64,000 nucleotides of DNA from an uncultured Armatimonadetes bacterium (GCA_963717145.1 OY970325.1:5248001-5312000); one strand, 5' to 3'; shown: positions 29,532 through 39,111, numbered from the stretch's first letter. Translations and numbers: made by a program. The notes: generated by a model from the letters alone, not told the origin.

Positions 29532-30698
29532 CTACAGACCCTTGCACGCTTCTTTGGTCACGTCCAGTCCCGCGAACGGTTTCACCTGTCGAATGTCCGG
29601 GATGCGTACCCCTTCCCAGATGTAGGTCGGGCTGCCATCGTAGACCAGGTATAGCTCGGCCACATAGTCATACTCGCGCTTGAGGAGGGCCTCCCGGTTT
29701 GCCTTGATCTCGGTCTCAATGGCGTTGACCGCTGCGGCGTCCATTCCGGCATCGCTTGCGATCTGTTTCCACGGCGCATCACCGGCGGCGCGCTGACCCA
29801 GGTATTCAGGGAACGACTTCGGGAACCTGTCTCGGATGACGATCTGCACCAGGTCCTCGTTGAGCTCATCCTCGCCGTGCATCGATGTGAACTTGTCCTT
29901 ACCGTCGACCTGACGCTTGTAGAGGATGTAATGAACGTCGAGTTGGGGAGTCTGACCGTCCGGTGTGGCCGTTCGCAGGAACGATATGATGGCCGATTCC
30001 GCGCGCTTGGCGAACGGGCACTGGCTCATGACCAGTAGGTCGAGAGTGTTCGTCCTCCGCTCCGCGAACCGTGTCACCTCTATCTCATCGCCGGCCTTGA
30101 GGTAGCCGGTCACGACTGTCGGTTTGCCGATTCGCGATCGCAGGTTGTCGAGCAGAGAGCCCGTGACCTTGTAGGAGTAGGAAGCGTTCCGGATGTATAC
30201 GTTGCCATCAGCGGCGGATAGAGTTCCCGCGAACGTCACCGTATCCCAGACCGGGTGGGCCTTCGCCTCATCCAGCTTCGTCATGAGCGACTTGAGAGCT
30301 GCGAACTCCTTCTTCGCCGTATCGCTCAGCTTGCCGAAGTCCGCCGCGCTCACCATATCGGCTGCCTTCGATGCCAGGGAGACTCGCCAGGAATCGATCA
30401 GCGCAGAGTCTTTGACGGTAATGGTCCACTCCACATCGGTCGCGATTCGCTCGAGTTTGGCGGTGAATTCGGTCCTACCTCCTTGTGCGCTCAGACTCCG
30501 CTGAGCGGCGTCCACCAACAGCGAGAACTCCAACGGTGCAAGGCTCAGTTCATAGCGGAGCCCGCTGCTCGCTAATCCCGGATCCGACGCGGCCCGTACG
30601 CAGACAGCGGTAGCGAGAGCGAAGGATCCCAGGACCGTCACAACGACAATCCACCTGGACCATAATCTCCGCCGACCGAGGAGCATATTGCGGGCCAT
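29532..30698 (-). CDS. Exported protein with C-terminal thioredoxin/DsbA-like domain
   Basis: N-terminal hydrophobic segment; LLVMSQCPF, SMHG..E and GSPT (cis-Pro) motifs; start uncertain. Confidence 0.55.
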   Translation of the reverse strand: MARNMLLGRRRLWSRWIVVVTVLGSFALATAVCVRAASDPGLASSGLRYELSLAPLEFSLLVDAAQRSLSAQGGRTEFTAKLERIATDVEWTITVKDSALIDSWRVSLASKAADMVSAADFGKLSDTAKKEFAALKSLMTKLDEAKAHPVWDTVTFAGTLSAADGNVYIRNASYSYKVTGSLLDNLRSRIGKPTVVTGYLKAGDEIEVTRFAERRTNTLDLLVMSQCPFAKRAESAIISFLRTATPDGQTPQLDVHYILYKRQVDGKDKFTSMHGEDELNEDLVQIVIRDRFPKSFPEYLGQRAAGDAPWKQIASDAGMDAAAVNAIETEIKANREALLKREYDYVAELYLVYDGSPTYIWEGVRIPDIRQVKPFAGLDVTKEACKGL

Positions 30699-30714
30699 TT
30701 CGCCCAGTGAGTTG

Positions 30715-31722
30715 CTATGGTGAACAGACACAGCAAGTTCCAGTGGGGCCGCTGCGGTTACAAGTACCCGTGTCGGAGGTTACGCCGCAGGAACCGTGTG
30801 ATTCGGCGATGACCCGGCCAACACATATGTTGCTGCATGGCGTTTCGGCTGACTGGCACACCGCACTTGTGTGCACCGCAGGACCTGCTGGACCCTCAGT
30901 TCCCTGTGGTCCGGTGGGTCCGGTAGCACCAGTGGCCCCGGTAGGTCCTTGCGGGCCCTGAGGTCCTTGCGGACCTTGCGTCCCTTCTGCACCTGTGTCG
31001 CCCTTAGCCCCCGCAAGCCCTTGAAGTCCCTGTGCTCCGGCATCACCCTTGGGTCCTTGCAGGCCTTGCGGTCCCTGCGGACCGGGTTCACCCTGAGGGC
31101 CCTGCAACCCCTGCGTCGCCGCGGTCACCTGCAATGACCCATCCGCGAATTGGACACCGCCGGTCGATCTGATCACACCGATCACGTCCAGTGCTGTCAG
31201 GGGACTCCCGGTTCCGATCCCCAACGACCCGGTGACGTACACGTTGCCGATAAACCGGCCCGCCGGTCCTGCGCCAAGGTTAGTGACCTGGAACGCCGGC
31301 AGGTCGCTCGACGCACTCCCTGCGAACGGCAGTGAGAGGTCTGCCGCACGTATTGCATACGGCGCGGTCGTCAGCCGTGTGCGAGGGCAGAGCTCCGCCG
31401 AACTGAGAGGCTGCATGCCGAGCCAGTATTGCCTGTCGAACGGCAGAGCGATCGGTGTCACCGCGCCGAGGTTGACGTTGAATACACCGCCGCTGGTCTG
31501 AACGCTCTGAACCTCCTGCCAGAGCGCCGTGCCCTGTCCGCAGGTTCCCACATCATACAGGCGGAATGTCACGCTCTGCACGCCGTCACTCACCGGCTGG
31601 CCGAGCGAGTTGGTCAGCTTGCCCTGTAACGTGAGTATCCTCGGCACGTCACCGAGAACTCCAGCGGCCAACAGATGCGACAAAGTTAGCAGCATCACGA
31701 ATGGAACCAAGTGTGTCTTCAT
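30715..31722 (-). CDS. Secreted collagen-like fibre protein
   Basis: Signal peptide, TLQGKL...TFRLY...GVFNVNLG domain, 26 G-X-Y triplets, 8-Cys C-terminal domain. Confidence 0.85.
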   Translation of the reverse strand: MKTHLVPFVMLLTLSHLLAAGVLGDVPRILTLQGKLTNSLGQPVSDGVQSVTFRLYDVGTCGQGTALWQEVQSVQTSGGVFNVNLGAVTPIALPFDRQYWLGMQPLSSAELCPRTRLTTAPYAIRAADLSLPFAGSASSDLPAFQVTNLGAGPAGRFIGNVYVTGSLGIGTGSPLTALDVIGVIRSTGGVQFADGSLQVTAATQGLQGPQGEPGPQGPQGLQGPKGDAGAQGLQGLAGAKGDTGAEGTQGPQGPQGPQGPTGATGATGPTGPQGTEGPAGPAVHTSAVCQSAETPCSNICVGRVIAESHGSCGVTSDTGTCNRSGPTGTCCVCSP

Positions 31723-31776
31723 ATTCCGTTTCTCCCTACTCGAACCCTTGATCGGACATAGTTGCCGAGCCGGATG

Positions 31777-32601
31777 CTACAGCTTCATGATGAACGCCAG
31801 GGCATAGAACGGCGGGCAGTTCTCATGAGGCTGGTTGCCGCCCGTTGCGCCCGTCTGTACACTCTCGGGACGCTGCACGCCATCCTGGCCGCCATTACAC
31901 CCGGCCCAAGCATGGCCGCTCTCAGTATGCGTATGCGACGGCATCTCGGCCACGGTCAGGGTATGTTGATGCTCTCCGCCGGTGAGCATCGGACTCCCCT
32001 TCACGGTGGTATAGGCTACTCCTCCGACATCCTGGCTTGCCCCGACAAGGAACCTGTCCCTCAGATTGGGCGTCCCGTTCGTCCCGTCGCAGATCACCCA
32101 GCCCTGAGGGATCGTGGCAATCGAGCCCGACCACATCAGGATTACACCGGACGGTACTACTCCGACTCCTGCCGCAAGCTTTTCAGGCGTGATCGCGCCG
32201 TCCTTTACCGTATCCGCTATCTCCGCCCTCACTGCATACGGCGCGGTCGTCAGTCGCGTGCGAGGGCACAGCTCCGAACCCGTTGCCGGCTGCATCCCGA
32301 GCCAATACTGCTTGTCGAACGGCAGACCAATCGCCGTTACTGCACCGAGGTTCACGTTGAACACTCCGCCGTTGGTCTGAACGTTCTGGACCTCCTGCCA
32401 CAGAGCTGTGCCTTGCCCGCACGTTTCCACGTCGTAGAGCCGGAATGTCACACTCTGCACCCCGTCACTCACCGGCTGGCCGAGCGAATCGGTCAGCTTG
32501 CCCTGAAGTGTCAATACTCTCGGCACCTCGCCGAATGCACCGGCGGCCAGTGCACATAACATCATTGTTACTACGGCATATCGCAACACAAGCGTCCTCA
32601 T
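31777..32601 (-). CDS. Secreted fibre-like protein with phage tail-collar-like C-terminal domain
   Basis: Same N-terminal domain as 30715..31722; VPSGVILMWSG...GWVICDGTNGTPNLRDRF...PPFYALAFIMK. Confidence 0.85.
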   Translation of the reverse strand: MRTLVLRYAVVTMMLCALAAGAFGEVPRVLTLQGKLTDSLGQPVSDGVQSVTFRLYDVETCGQGTALWQEVQNVQTNGGVFNVNLGAVTAIGLPFDKQYWLGMQPATGSELCPRTRLTTAPYAVRAEIADTVKDGAITPEKLAAGVGVVPSGVILMWSGSIATIPQGWVICDGTNGTPNLRDRFLVGASQDVGGVAYTTVKGSPMLTGGEHQHTLTVAEMPSHTHTESGHAWAGCNGGQDGVQRPESVQTGATGGNQPHENCPPFYALAFIMKL

Positions 32602-32647
32602 CCCTCTTTCCTCCTTTGTGATATCTCCATCAGTACACCAGCGATAG

Positions 32648-33513
32648 CTACTCCACAACCTCCAGATCATCGGCCTTGCGAGGCTGGACAACCGCGTCGA
32701 GCACGCTCCCCCGCACGCGCACACCTGATATTCCGCTCACCAACACGTACCCCCCGACCTCCGGTACCGTGGTGAGATTCGCCTTGGCCACTCTGAGACC
32801 CGTCTCCCAAAACGGTGACTTCGATCCGTCGTTGATCACGATGTAGTCGGCGTAGCTGTTGTCGATAACTACCCCGCTGGTACGAATAAAGAGGCCCACA
32901 TTGTTCACCCCGATTGCGCCGAGTACCCCCCGCTGGCCCAGCGGCGGAACACCCAGATTGGCCCCCCGACCTGGCGATTGATCATGAAGATCCCTGCGAG
33001 TGGATCTCCCTGGCCCACTACCGCGAGCATGGGGTTCAGAATGATCCGCTCTCCGTTCAAAGTAGATACACTGCCAACCACATTGATCAGGCATCCCTCG
33101 AGCAGCGAGGCGGTCTCTCCTCCGATTCCGACCAGTGCAATGCCGCTCGACCTGTCCGATGCTTCGGCGTAAATGCGGTCGGCAAAGCAGCCCGGCTCGG
33201 CGGTCACCACCAGAGACGCGAGTGCCAGGCGCATCCCGTCTCCCTGGAGCTTCGCCAATCCGGGTGACGATACGAGCAATGGCGGCGACTCCTCGGCAGA
33301 CCACACGCCGAGTTGGGCCATTCGCTGCCCCGCCACGGCTGCCCCGATGGTGAGCTGGCCAATGCTTACAGTGGCGACGCTGTTCCCGCCGACCATTCGC
33401 TCGCCGCCGCACGTGTTGGCAGACCAGCTAATCGCATAGTCGTCCGCCGCCACTTGCCCGGCGCACACCGCCATCAAGAGGATCACCGGCACAACAATGT
33501 ACAGCTTGCTCAT
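32648..33513 (-). CDS. Secreted protein with YAISWS-GG N-terminal module and lineage-typical C-terminal OB-fold-like domain, split by indel
   Basis: Signal peptide; adding one base in C6 at 32962-32967 joins 32905..33513 to ...GVNNVGLFIRTSG...NDGS...SGIS...QPR..DDL. Confidence 0.7.
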
Positions 33514-33612
33514 CTTTCCCTCCTTTCATTCATAGCCCATAAAACAGAACACCCGCGTGCACTACATCGAGCAACCCACGGAAAGCTCGGAGTGTACAGC
33601 GGGTATAGTTAT

Positions 33613-33641
33613 CTTCTACTCTCATCTGATGGAAAAGTCAA
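33613..33641 (-). promoter_or_regulatory. Sigma70-like promoter TTGACT-N17-TAGAAG for the fibre operon, followed by a hairpin leader
   Basis: Correct spacing; leader 33606-33551 folds as atacccgc/gcgggtgt with inner stems. Confidence 0.4.
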
Positions 33642-33740
33642 TAGATGTAAGAGGGATTGCCGAAAAACCGGTATTATTACCAGTTGGTTGTCATGCGTGC
33701 GTTCCGTCGCAGGCATCGCGGGGAGGTTCGGAACAGACAC

Positions 33741-33777
33741 AAAAAAAGTGGCCCGGTCCGCCGAAGCAGACCGAGCC
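33741..33777 (-). terminator. Rho-independent terminator with c(UUCG)g tetraloop
   Basis: ggcucggucugc-uucg-gcggaccgggcc then acU7; its G-U pairs form only on the minus strand. Confidence 0.85.
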
Positions 33778-33877
33778 GAGTCAGAAAGGAGTGATTATGT
33801 ACCGATTACTTCCCGAACAACGATCAATACTTATTATCGGCCAACCCGCGCGAATCTTCAGGTCTTTTTGCCAGGTA

Positions 33878-34015
33878 ATGGTTTGTGGTCTATGGCTGAT
33901 GGTTAATGGGGAACGGGGGATGGGCAATGGTCCGGCCATGAACCATCAACCATCCCCCATGAGCCATTCCGGTCTCCGGCATCAACCATTGACCATCAGC
34001 CATCAACCATTCCCC
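33878..34015. repeat. ATGGTTG/CCATCAA heptamer palindromic element
   Basis: atggtttgtggtctatggctgatggttaatgggg ... ccatcagccatcaaccattcccc abutting a stop codon. Confidence 0.8.
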
Positions 34016-34690
34016 CTACGCCGCGATCGTCGCGCTCTCGAGATCGGACCACGCGCCCTTCACGCCGTTCGTATAGACCCAGCGCATCTTGTAGTGCGCC
34101 TGCTTGTTTCCATCCTCGGGCGCGAACGGCACGACCACGGTGTTTCGGCTCGACATGTTGACGTAACGCATGTCGGTCGGCGGGCTCGCCGGCACTTCGC
34201 CGATCTTCACCCAGACCTCGACCGCCTTCACACCCTGCGGCTTCCCCGGTGAGACTGTGCCCTCGTTGTCATTCTGGATGCGGAGCGTATGCCTCAGGGG
34301 CGCACCGATGTTGATACCCGCTGTCGGCCTGTCGAGCGATGTCTCGATCTCGGTCGGGACGGACGGTGCATTGCCGCGCGTCGGGATGCCAAGCTCTTCC
34401 CTGTCCTGGTTCGTAGTTTCGGGATAGGCCTGGATTCGAGCGACCATCGGTCTGATCAGGCTCTCCATGGTCTCCCGCTTGGTGTTCTTGTCCTGAACCT
34501 GGCCTCGATACGTAGTCCAGGTGCCCTCAGCCGTGACTCTCGCCAGGCTGAACTCCGGCTCAGAGTCCGCCAGGTCGACGACATCCGCCGGCAGCAGCCC
34601 GAAGTGAGCGAGATTCGCGCCCAGGTATGCCATGAACTTGTTCATCCATACCTGGAGTTCCAAGTCAGATCCGGGGAGATAACCTCCCAT
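34016..34690 (-). CDS. Hypothetical cytoplasmic protein, helical plus Fn3-like (paralogue of 4590..5249)
   Basis: AGGAGAG RBS; GYLPGSD...W and HYKMRW...GVKGAWS...ATIAA. Confidence 0.85.
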   Translation of the reverse strand: MGGYLPGSDLELQVWMNKFMAYLGANLAHFGLLPADVVDLADSEPEFSLARVTAEGTWTTYRGQVQDKNTKRETMESLIRPMVARIQAYPETTNQDREELGIPTRGNAPSVPTEIETSLDRPTAGINIGAPLRHTLRIQNDNEGTVSPGKPQGVKAVEVWVKIGEVPASPPTDMRYVNMSSRNTVVVPFAPEDGNKQAHYKMRWVYTNGVKGAWSDLESATIAA

Positions 34691-34855
34691 AGTAATACTC
34701 TCCTATGTTCCGATCCGTCGTTCCCGACAATGATCGGTCAGGTACTGCAACGGCTTGCGTTCAGATTAGCCGTCCATTTCCATTGTCGGAGGGCCGGGCC
34801 GGCAAAGTTACCTATACTGTAGTCTTTTTTCGCGATTTCTTGTCCCACGTCTCTG

Positions 34856-35040
34856 GGAAGATGACCTTCCGTCTATGGAAAGCAGGCCATTAACCTGCAG
34901 TAAACAGGCCTCCCAACCATGGTAAACAGGCCTCCCAACCATGGTAAACAGGCCTCCCAACCGTGGTAAACAGGCCTCCCAACCGTGGTAAACAGGCTTT
35001 CCGACCATGGTGAACAGAGGTTCCGTCGATGGAAGTGACG
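34856..35040. repeat. 22-bp tandem (iteron-like) array
   Basis: gtaaacaggcctcccaacc(a/g)tg x4 at 34900, 34922, 34944 and 34966, with in-phase degenerate units on both sides. Confidence 0.9.
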
Positions 35041-35222
35041 CCTCCGACCGGCTCCCGGAAGCCTTCCGGGGATCCCCCCAAGGCCTGACGCAGAGCCCGA
35101 GACGCACTTGATGCCGGCGCAGGGGGCACAAACCACGCGCCTCCACCCTCCGCCGAATCGTGCTGGCAAAGAGCGGGTTGCTCGTCCATTCCATGCTCAT
35201 TGCGGAGGTGGATACCCAGAAG

Positions 35223-35248
35223 AGGATATAGAGCCTTCGTCGCCGAAT
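35223..35248 (+). promoter_or_regulatory. SigH-like promoter AGGA-N18-GAAT
   Basis: Upstream of the ABC ATPase; same spacing as the other copies. Confidence 0.5.
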
Positions 35249-35341
35249 CCAGCTACTAGCAAGTCGATAGTACCAATGGCGCACGATAAGTCCATACTTG
35301 TAGGCCGTGTAGTGGCGGCTAGGCAGGCTGGAGGCCCATAC

Positions 35342-38002
35342 ATGAGTACGGTATACGAGGAATTGTTGGAGTGGTCACAATCCATTCCCGTGTGGCAGAG
35401 GGATGCATTGCGCAGGCTCGTGAGAGGCTTGCAGCCGGAGGACTTTGAGGAACTAAGACATCTCTGCTTGTCAGCGTTCCAGCTTGCCGTTCCTGGGTGT
35501 AAGGACGTGCAAGCGGAGCCGCTCACTGCTCAGCATCTGCCGTCACCCAAGACTGCGGCTAGCAGCGTCACTCTTCACTCCATCTGCTCCGTAGAGAATG
35601 TGAATCTTCTTGACCCCGAATCCACACTCAACTTCAGCCCAAAGGGACTCACGATCGTATACGGTGACAACGGATCGGGCAAATCGGGATATACCCGCAT
35701 CCTCAAGAAAATGTGCCGTGCGCGTGATGCGGGAGGCCCAATCCACCCCAATATCTTCGAAGAGCCATCAGGAGAACCAGCGTGCGCATGCATCGCATAT
35801 TCTGTGGGTGAGGCTGAACCAACCACATTTGACTGGGTGTATGAACAGGAAGCACCCATCGATTTCTCCCGCATATCGATCTTCGATACCGACTGTGCAG
35901 ATTTCTACGTCACCAAGTACAACGATATTGCGTACCGCCCGTTTGGTCTAGACCTATTCGATCGGCTAGCCAGCTTGGCTGACGATATCCAGCGGGAACT
36001 CGAGCACGATAAGAATAGTGTCGCCAGCAAATGTCCCGGCGTACCCGAAGACATTGACGAAGCAGTCATCATCCGTAGCCTGTTTCCGCTAGGAATCGGC
36101 ACCAAGATGGCAGATATCGTGAACGCAGCTCAATGGAGTGACGCCAACAGCGCAGAGCTGAAGAGGCTTGTGAAGCTGCTGAGAGAGGAGAACCCAGCTA
36201 CGAAGGCTGCGGCCGTGCGCGCCAGAAAGAGCATCGTCGAGGAGTTCAGGAAGCGCGTTGACGGGATCAACTCAACACTCTCAGGGGACCAGTATGTCGT
36301 GTATCGGAAAGACATCGATGACCTGGCAACTGCCAAGGAAACGGCACGAGTTGTCTCTCAACAGGCGTTCTCCGATTGCCTTCCAGGTACGGGCTCCGAC
36401 CCTTGGAAGCAACTCTGGGAGTACGCACGTAGATACTCCGAGGGATTGGCCTACCCATCCATTCCGTTCCCCAACATAGGCGATGATGCTCTATGCGTGC
36501 TCTGCCAACAGCCCCTCCTTGCCGAAGCCAGACAGCGGCTTCTCCTGTTCGCGGACTATATCAAGCAGGAATCGGCGAAGAGGCTAGAAACGTGCGAACA
36601 AGCGATTGAGAAGGACCAGAGCAAGGTTCGGCAGTTGATCACCACTGCCGAGAGTGATAATGGAATGTACGAGGAGCTTACGGTCCACTCAGTCGATCTA
36701 CGTGAATCAGTCAGGCAGTACTTATCGAAAGCCGCCACGGCGCAGGCGGAGTTGCTCTGCGCCCTGGTATCGGGAAACTGGCGGTCTGTACAACCCTGCA
36801 GCTTCGACACGTCTGTTCTCAGCGGGATCATCGCAGCCTTGGAGGAAGAAGCCAGGAGTTGGGACACCAACTCTGATAGAGCATCAGTGACAAAGGCAGA
36901 GGAAACATTGCTGGAACTACGAGCGAAGCAATGGTTGAATGCCAATCTGAGCCATCTTCAGCAAGAGCTGGCTCGTCTGGAACGAGCCGGTAAGATAGAC
37001 AAAGCGATAGCGACTACCAAGACCACTGGGATCTCCCGGAAGGCCACCGAGCTGACGAACAAATATGTCACAGCGGACCTTCAGGTCAGAATCAAGACTG
37101 AACTCAAGGGTATCAATGCCAGCGGTCTTCGCATCACCCTGACGGGTAAGACGGACAAAGGATCGAAGCTTCACCGCGTGGACATCGACGGAAAGACGAT
37201 CCCGGATTCAGAAGTCAAAGATGTTGTTAGCGAAGGAGAGTACCGGGCCATCGCTCTAGCCGCGTTTTTCGCCGAGCTGGGCCAGTCACCCGACAAGTCG
37301 TCTATCGTCGTTGATGATCCGGTGTGTTCTCTGGATCACATACACCGTGGTCGAGTTGCTGCAAGGCTTGTCAAAGAGGCTAGTGTCCGCCAAGTTATCA
37401 TACTAACTCACGACCTTGTTTTCCTGGATGACCTCCTGCGCGAGGCGGGAAGGCAGATGATCGACTACAAGACATGCTATGTTCTCCGCCGGCAAGAGCA
37501 TGTAGGAGTTGTCTGTGAAGGTCTCCCTTGGATCGGTCAGGCGGTGAAGACGCGAATACCCACTCTAAAGAAAGACCTGAGCAGGCTTGAGGCGTTATAC
37601 TCCGAAGATCCAGGATCGAATGAGTATAACCGCCAAGCCAAGCTATGGTATGGCGACCTCAGAGAGACTTGGGAACGCACCATTGAAGAGCTGGTGCTCA
37701 ATAGCGTAGTCATCAGATTCTCACGTGAAGTGCAAACAAGACGACTCCGGAAAGTGGTTGAACTAACCAGTGCAGACTATGACACGGTCGACGAAGGTAT
37801 GAGCAAGTCTTCTACGTGGCTCGCGGGACATGACCAGCCCAAGGCAGTCAATGAACCCATGCCACCCCCTGAGGAACTGGCAACAGATCTCGCGAAGCTC
37901 GAAGAGTACGTGACAGCCCTAACGAAGCGGAAATGCGAACCAAGAAGCAATCAGCCGGCGGTGCAGGTAACTAGTGATCAGCCTCGAACCGATACGAGCT
38001 AG
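35342..38002 (+). CDS. Rad50/RloC-like ABC ATPase with zinc hook and putative HEPN-like C-terminus (defence-associated)
   Basis: Walker A GDNGSGKS, coiled coil with CVLCQQ, signature VSEGE, Walker B VVDDP, LTHD, C-terminal RETWER...WLAGHD. Confidence 0.8.
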   Translation: MSTVYEELLEWSQSIPVWQRDALRRLVRGLQPEDFEELRHLCLSAFQLAVPGCKDVQAEPLTAQHLPSPKTAASSVTLHSICSVENVNLLDPESTLNFSPKGLTIVYGDNGSGKSGYTRILKKMCRARDAGGPIHPNIFEEPSGEPACACIAYSVGEAEPTTFDWVYEQEAPIDFSRISIFDTDCADFYVTKYNDIAYRPFGLDLFDRLASLADDIQRELEHDKNSVASKCPGVPEDIDEAVIIRSLFPLGIGTKMADIVNAAQWSDANSAELKRLVKLLREENPATKAAAVRARKSIVEEFRKRVDGINSTLSGDQYVVYRKDIDDLATAKETARVVSQQAFSDCLPGTGSDPWKQLWEYARRYSEGLAYPSIPFPNIGDDALCVLCQQPLLAEARQRLLLFADYIKQESAKRLETCEQAIEKDQSKVRQLITTAESDNGMYEELTVHSVDLRESVRQYLSKAATAQAELLCALVSGNWRSVQPCSFDTSVLSGIIAALEEEARSWDTNSDRASVTKAEETLLELRAKQWLNANLSHLQQELARLERAGKIDKAIATTKTTGISRKATELTNKYVTADLQVRIKTELKGINASGLRITLTGKTDKGSKLHRVDIDGKTIPDSEVKDVVSEGEYRAIALAAFFAELGQSPDKSSIVVDDPVCSLDHIHRGRVAARLVKEASVRQVIILTHDLVFLDDLLREAGRQMIDYKTCYVLRRQEHVGVVCEGLPWIGQAVKTRIPTLKKDLSRLEALYSEDPGSNEYNRQAKLWYGDLRETWERTIEELVLNSVVIRFSREVQTRRLRKVVELTSADYDTVDEGMSKSSTWLAGHDQPKAVNEPMPPPEELATDLAKLEEYVTALTKRKCEPRSNQPAVQVTSDQPRTDTS

Positions 38003-38046
38003 TCAAGCATGGGAACGGCACACGGGGTGGACCGCAACGCTTCCCG

Positions 38047-38859
38047 TCATCTTTCACCTTCGGAGATCAGGGATGCGATGGGTATCGTAACGCCGGGACA
38101 CAGTGTGATCTCGGTTGGGAACTCCCTGAAACGCTCTTCGTCGAGAAAATTGCCAGCGATCCAGCGCTTGAGGTCATTGATGTCTTTGAGGCGTATCAAG
38201 ACCTTGTGTTGTTCGGCTAGCCAGATAGCATCAGGAGTGAACGTGGTGTTTGTGACCAGCAGACCAACGTTGAATTGCCTGCTTTGTACAACCCCAAGCA
38301 ATTCCCGCACGGGGCCAGGTCCTGTCTTTGTGCTTGGTGACCGGTGGTGCTTCACCTGAACTGCAACCAAATGTGGGATTGCAGAATCCTTCGGCCACGC
38401 GATGATGTCTACTCCGCCATCCTTCCTGTTGATCTCGCCCACGCGGTGAGAGCCGTATCCCATGGCATCCAGTATGGAGCAGAGCCGGGACTCCAGCAAT
38501 TCCGGTGTCTCCGCCAGCGATTCGTGCATTGCCGGGCCTGGGCCGTGAAAGCCCCTACGCGGACGCCATATCGGAAGATTGGTTATATCAACGACTTGGA
38601 CCTTTGTTGGCACTATCGTGAGTTCAGCGCCGATATCCAAGGCAAGCGGCTGCTCTGGGCCCGAATGCCCCTGTGTTCTCTCTTCGGGCACCTCTGTCTC
38701 AATACAGGCGCGACAGATATGCTGGACCTGCTCACCGCCAAAGTGTCTTGCCCAGGGGTCAGGCTCCAGTCGGTAGTAGCCTGTTCGCTTGTAGATTATG
38801 CCACTGCACCAGGCGCATTCATAGGTGTACTTGGCGGTGGATTTCCGCACAATCGCCAT
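38047..38859 (-). CDS. Mrr-like (type IV) restriction endonuclease with N-terminal zinc finger
   Basis: CAWC...HICRAC; DGGVDIIA...VQVKH; LVTNTTFT. TTGACC-N17-TAGAAT promoter at 38938-38910. Confidence 0.8.
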   Translation of the reverse strand: MAIVRKSTAKYTYECAWCSGIIYKRTGYYRLEPDPWARHFGGEQVQHICRACIETEVPEERTQGHSGPEQPLALDIGAELTIVPTKVQVVDITNLPIWRPRRGFHGPGPAMHESLAETPELLESRLCSILDAMGYGSHRVGEINRKDGGVDIIAWPKDSAIPHLVAVQVKHHRSPSTKTGPGPVRELLGVVQSRQFNVGLLVTNTTFTPDAIWLAEQHKVLIRLKDINDLKRWIAGNFLDEERFREFPTEITLCPGVTIPIASLISEGER

Positions 38860-39111
38860 ATTACTCTACCAGCCCTCCGCAACTAGAAGACTCGAAGCCC
38901 AAGGGTTCCATTCTAAGGCATGAACTTGGATCGGTCAATACTGTATGGGGCCGAGGCCGGACAATAGGGCCGGAGGAAGCGCAACAAAGGATGGCATCTG
39001 ACGCTTGAGTTGTCATCAAGGAAGAAAGACCAACCGCCTTGCTCGGTGGGCTATGCCTGCCCGTCCATTAGGCGGAGGTACACCCAATGACACTCCTGCG
39101 CCTACCTCCCC

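Noticed and set aside
31355-32530. Diversity-generating retroelement TR/VR pair in the duplicated fibre N-termini
   Set aside because: Differences are mostly synonymous and not adenine-specific, both copies are coding, and no reverse transcriptase is present.
31777-32601. Prophage tail gene
   Set aside because: The protein has a signal peptide, and there are no capsid, terminase, baseplate or integrase genes nearby.
33797-34252. Plus-strand ORF with a perfect-looking SD (AGAAAGGAG...ATG)
   Set aside because: It runs through a heptamer repeat and antisense into a real gene; the signal is better explained as a minus-strand anti-SD before a terminator.
34808-35284. ORFs across the 22-bp array (repetitive PVYHGWEACL peptides); also considered as CRISPR or plasmid origin
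   Set aside because: Open frames are by-products of a non-triplet repeat; there are no spacers and no Rep gene.
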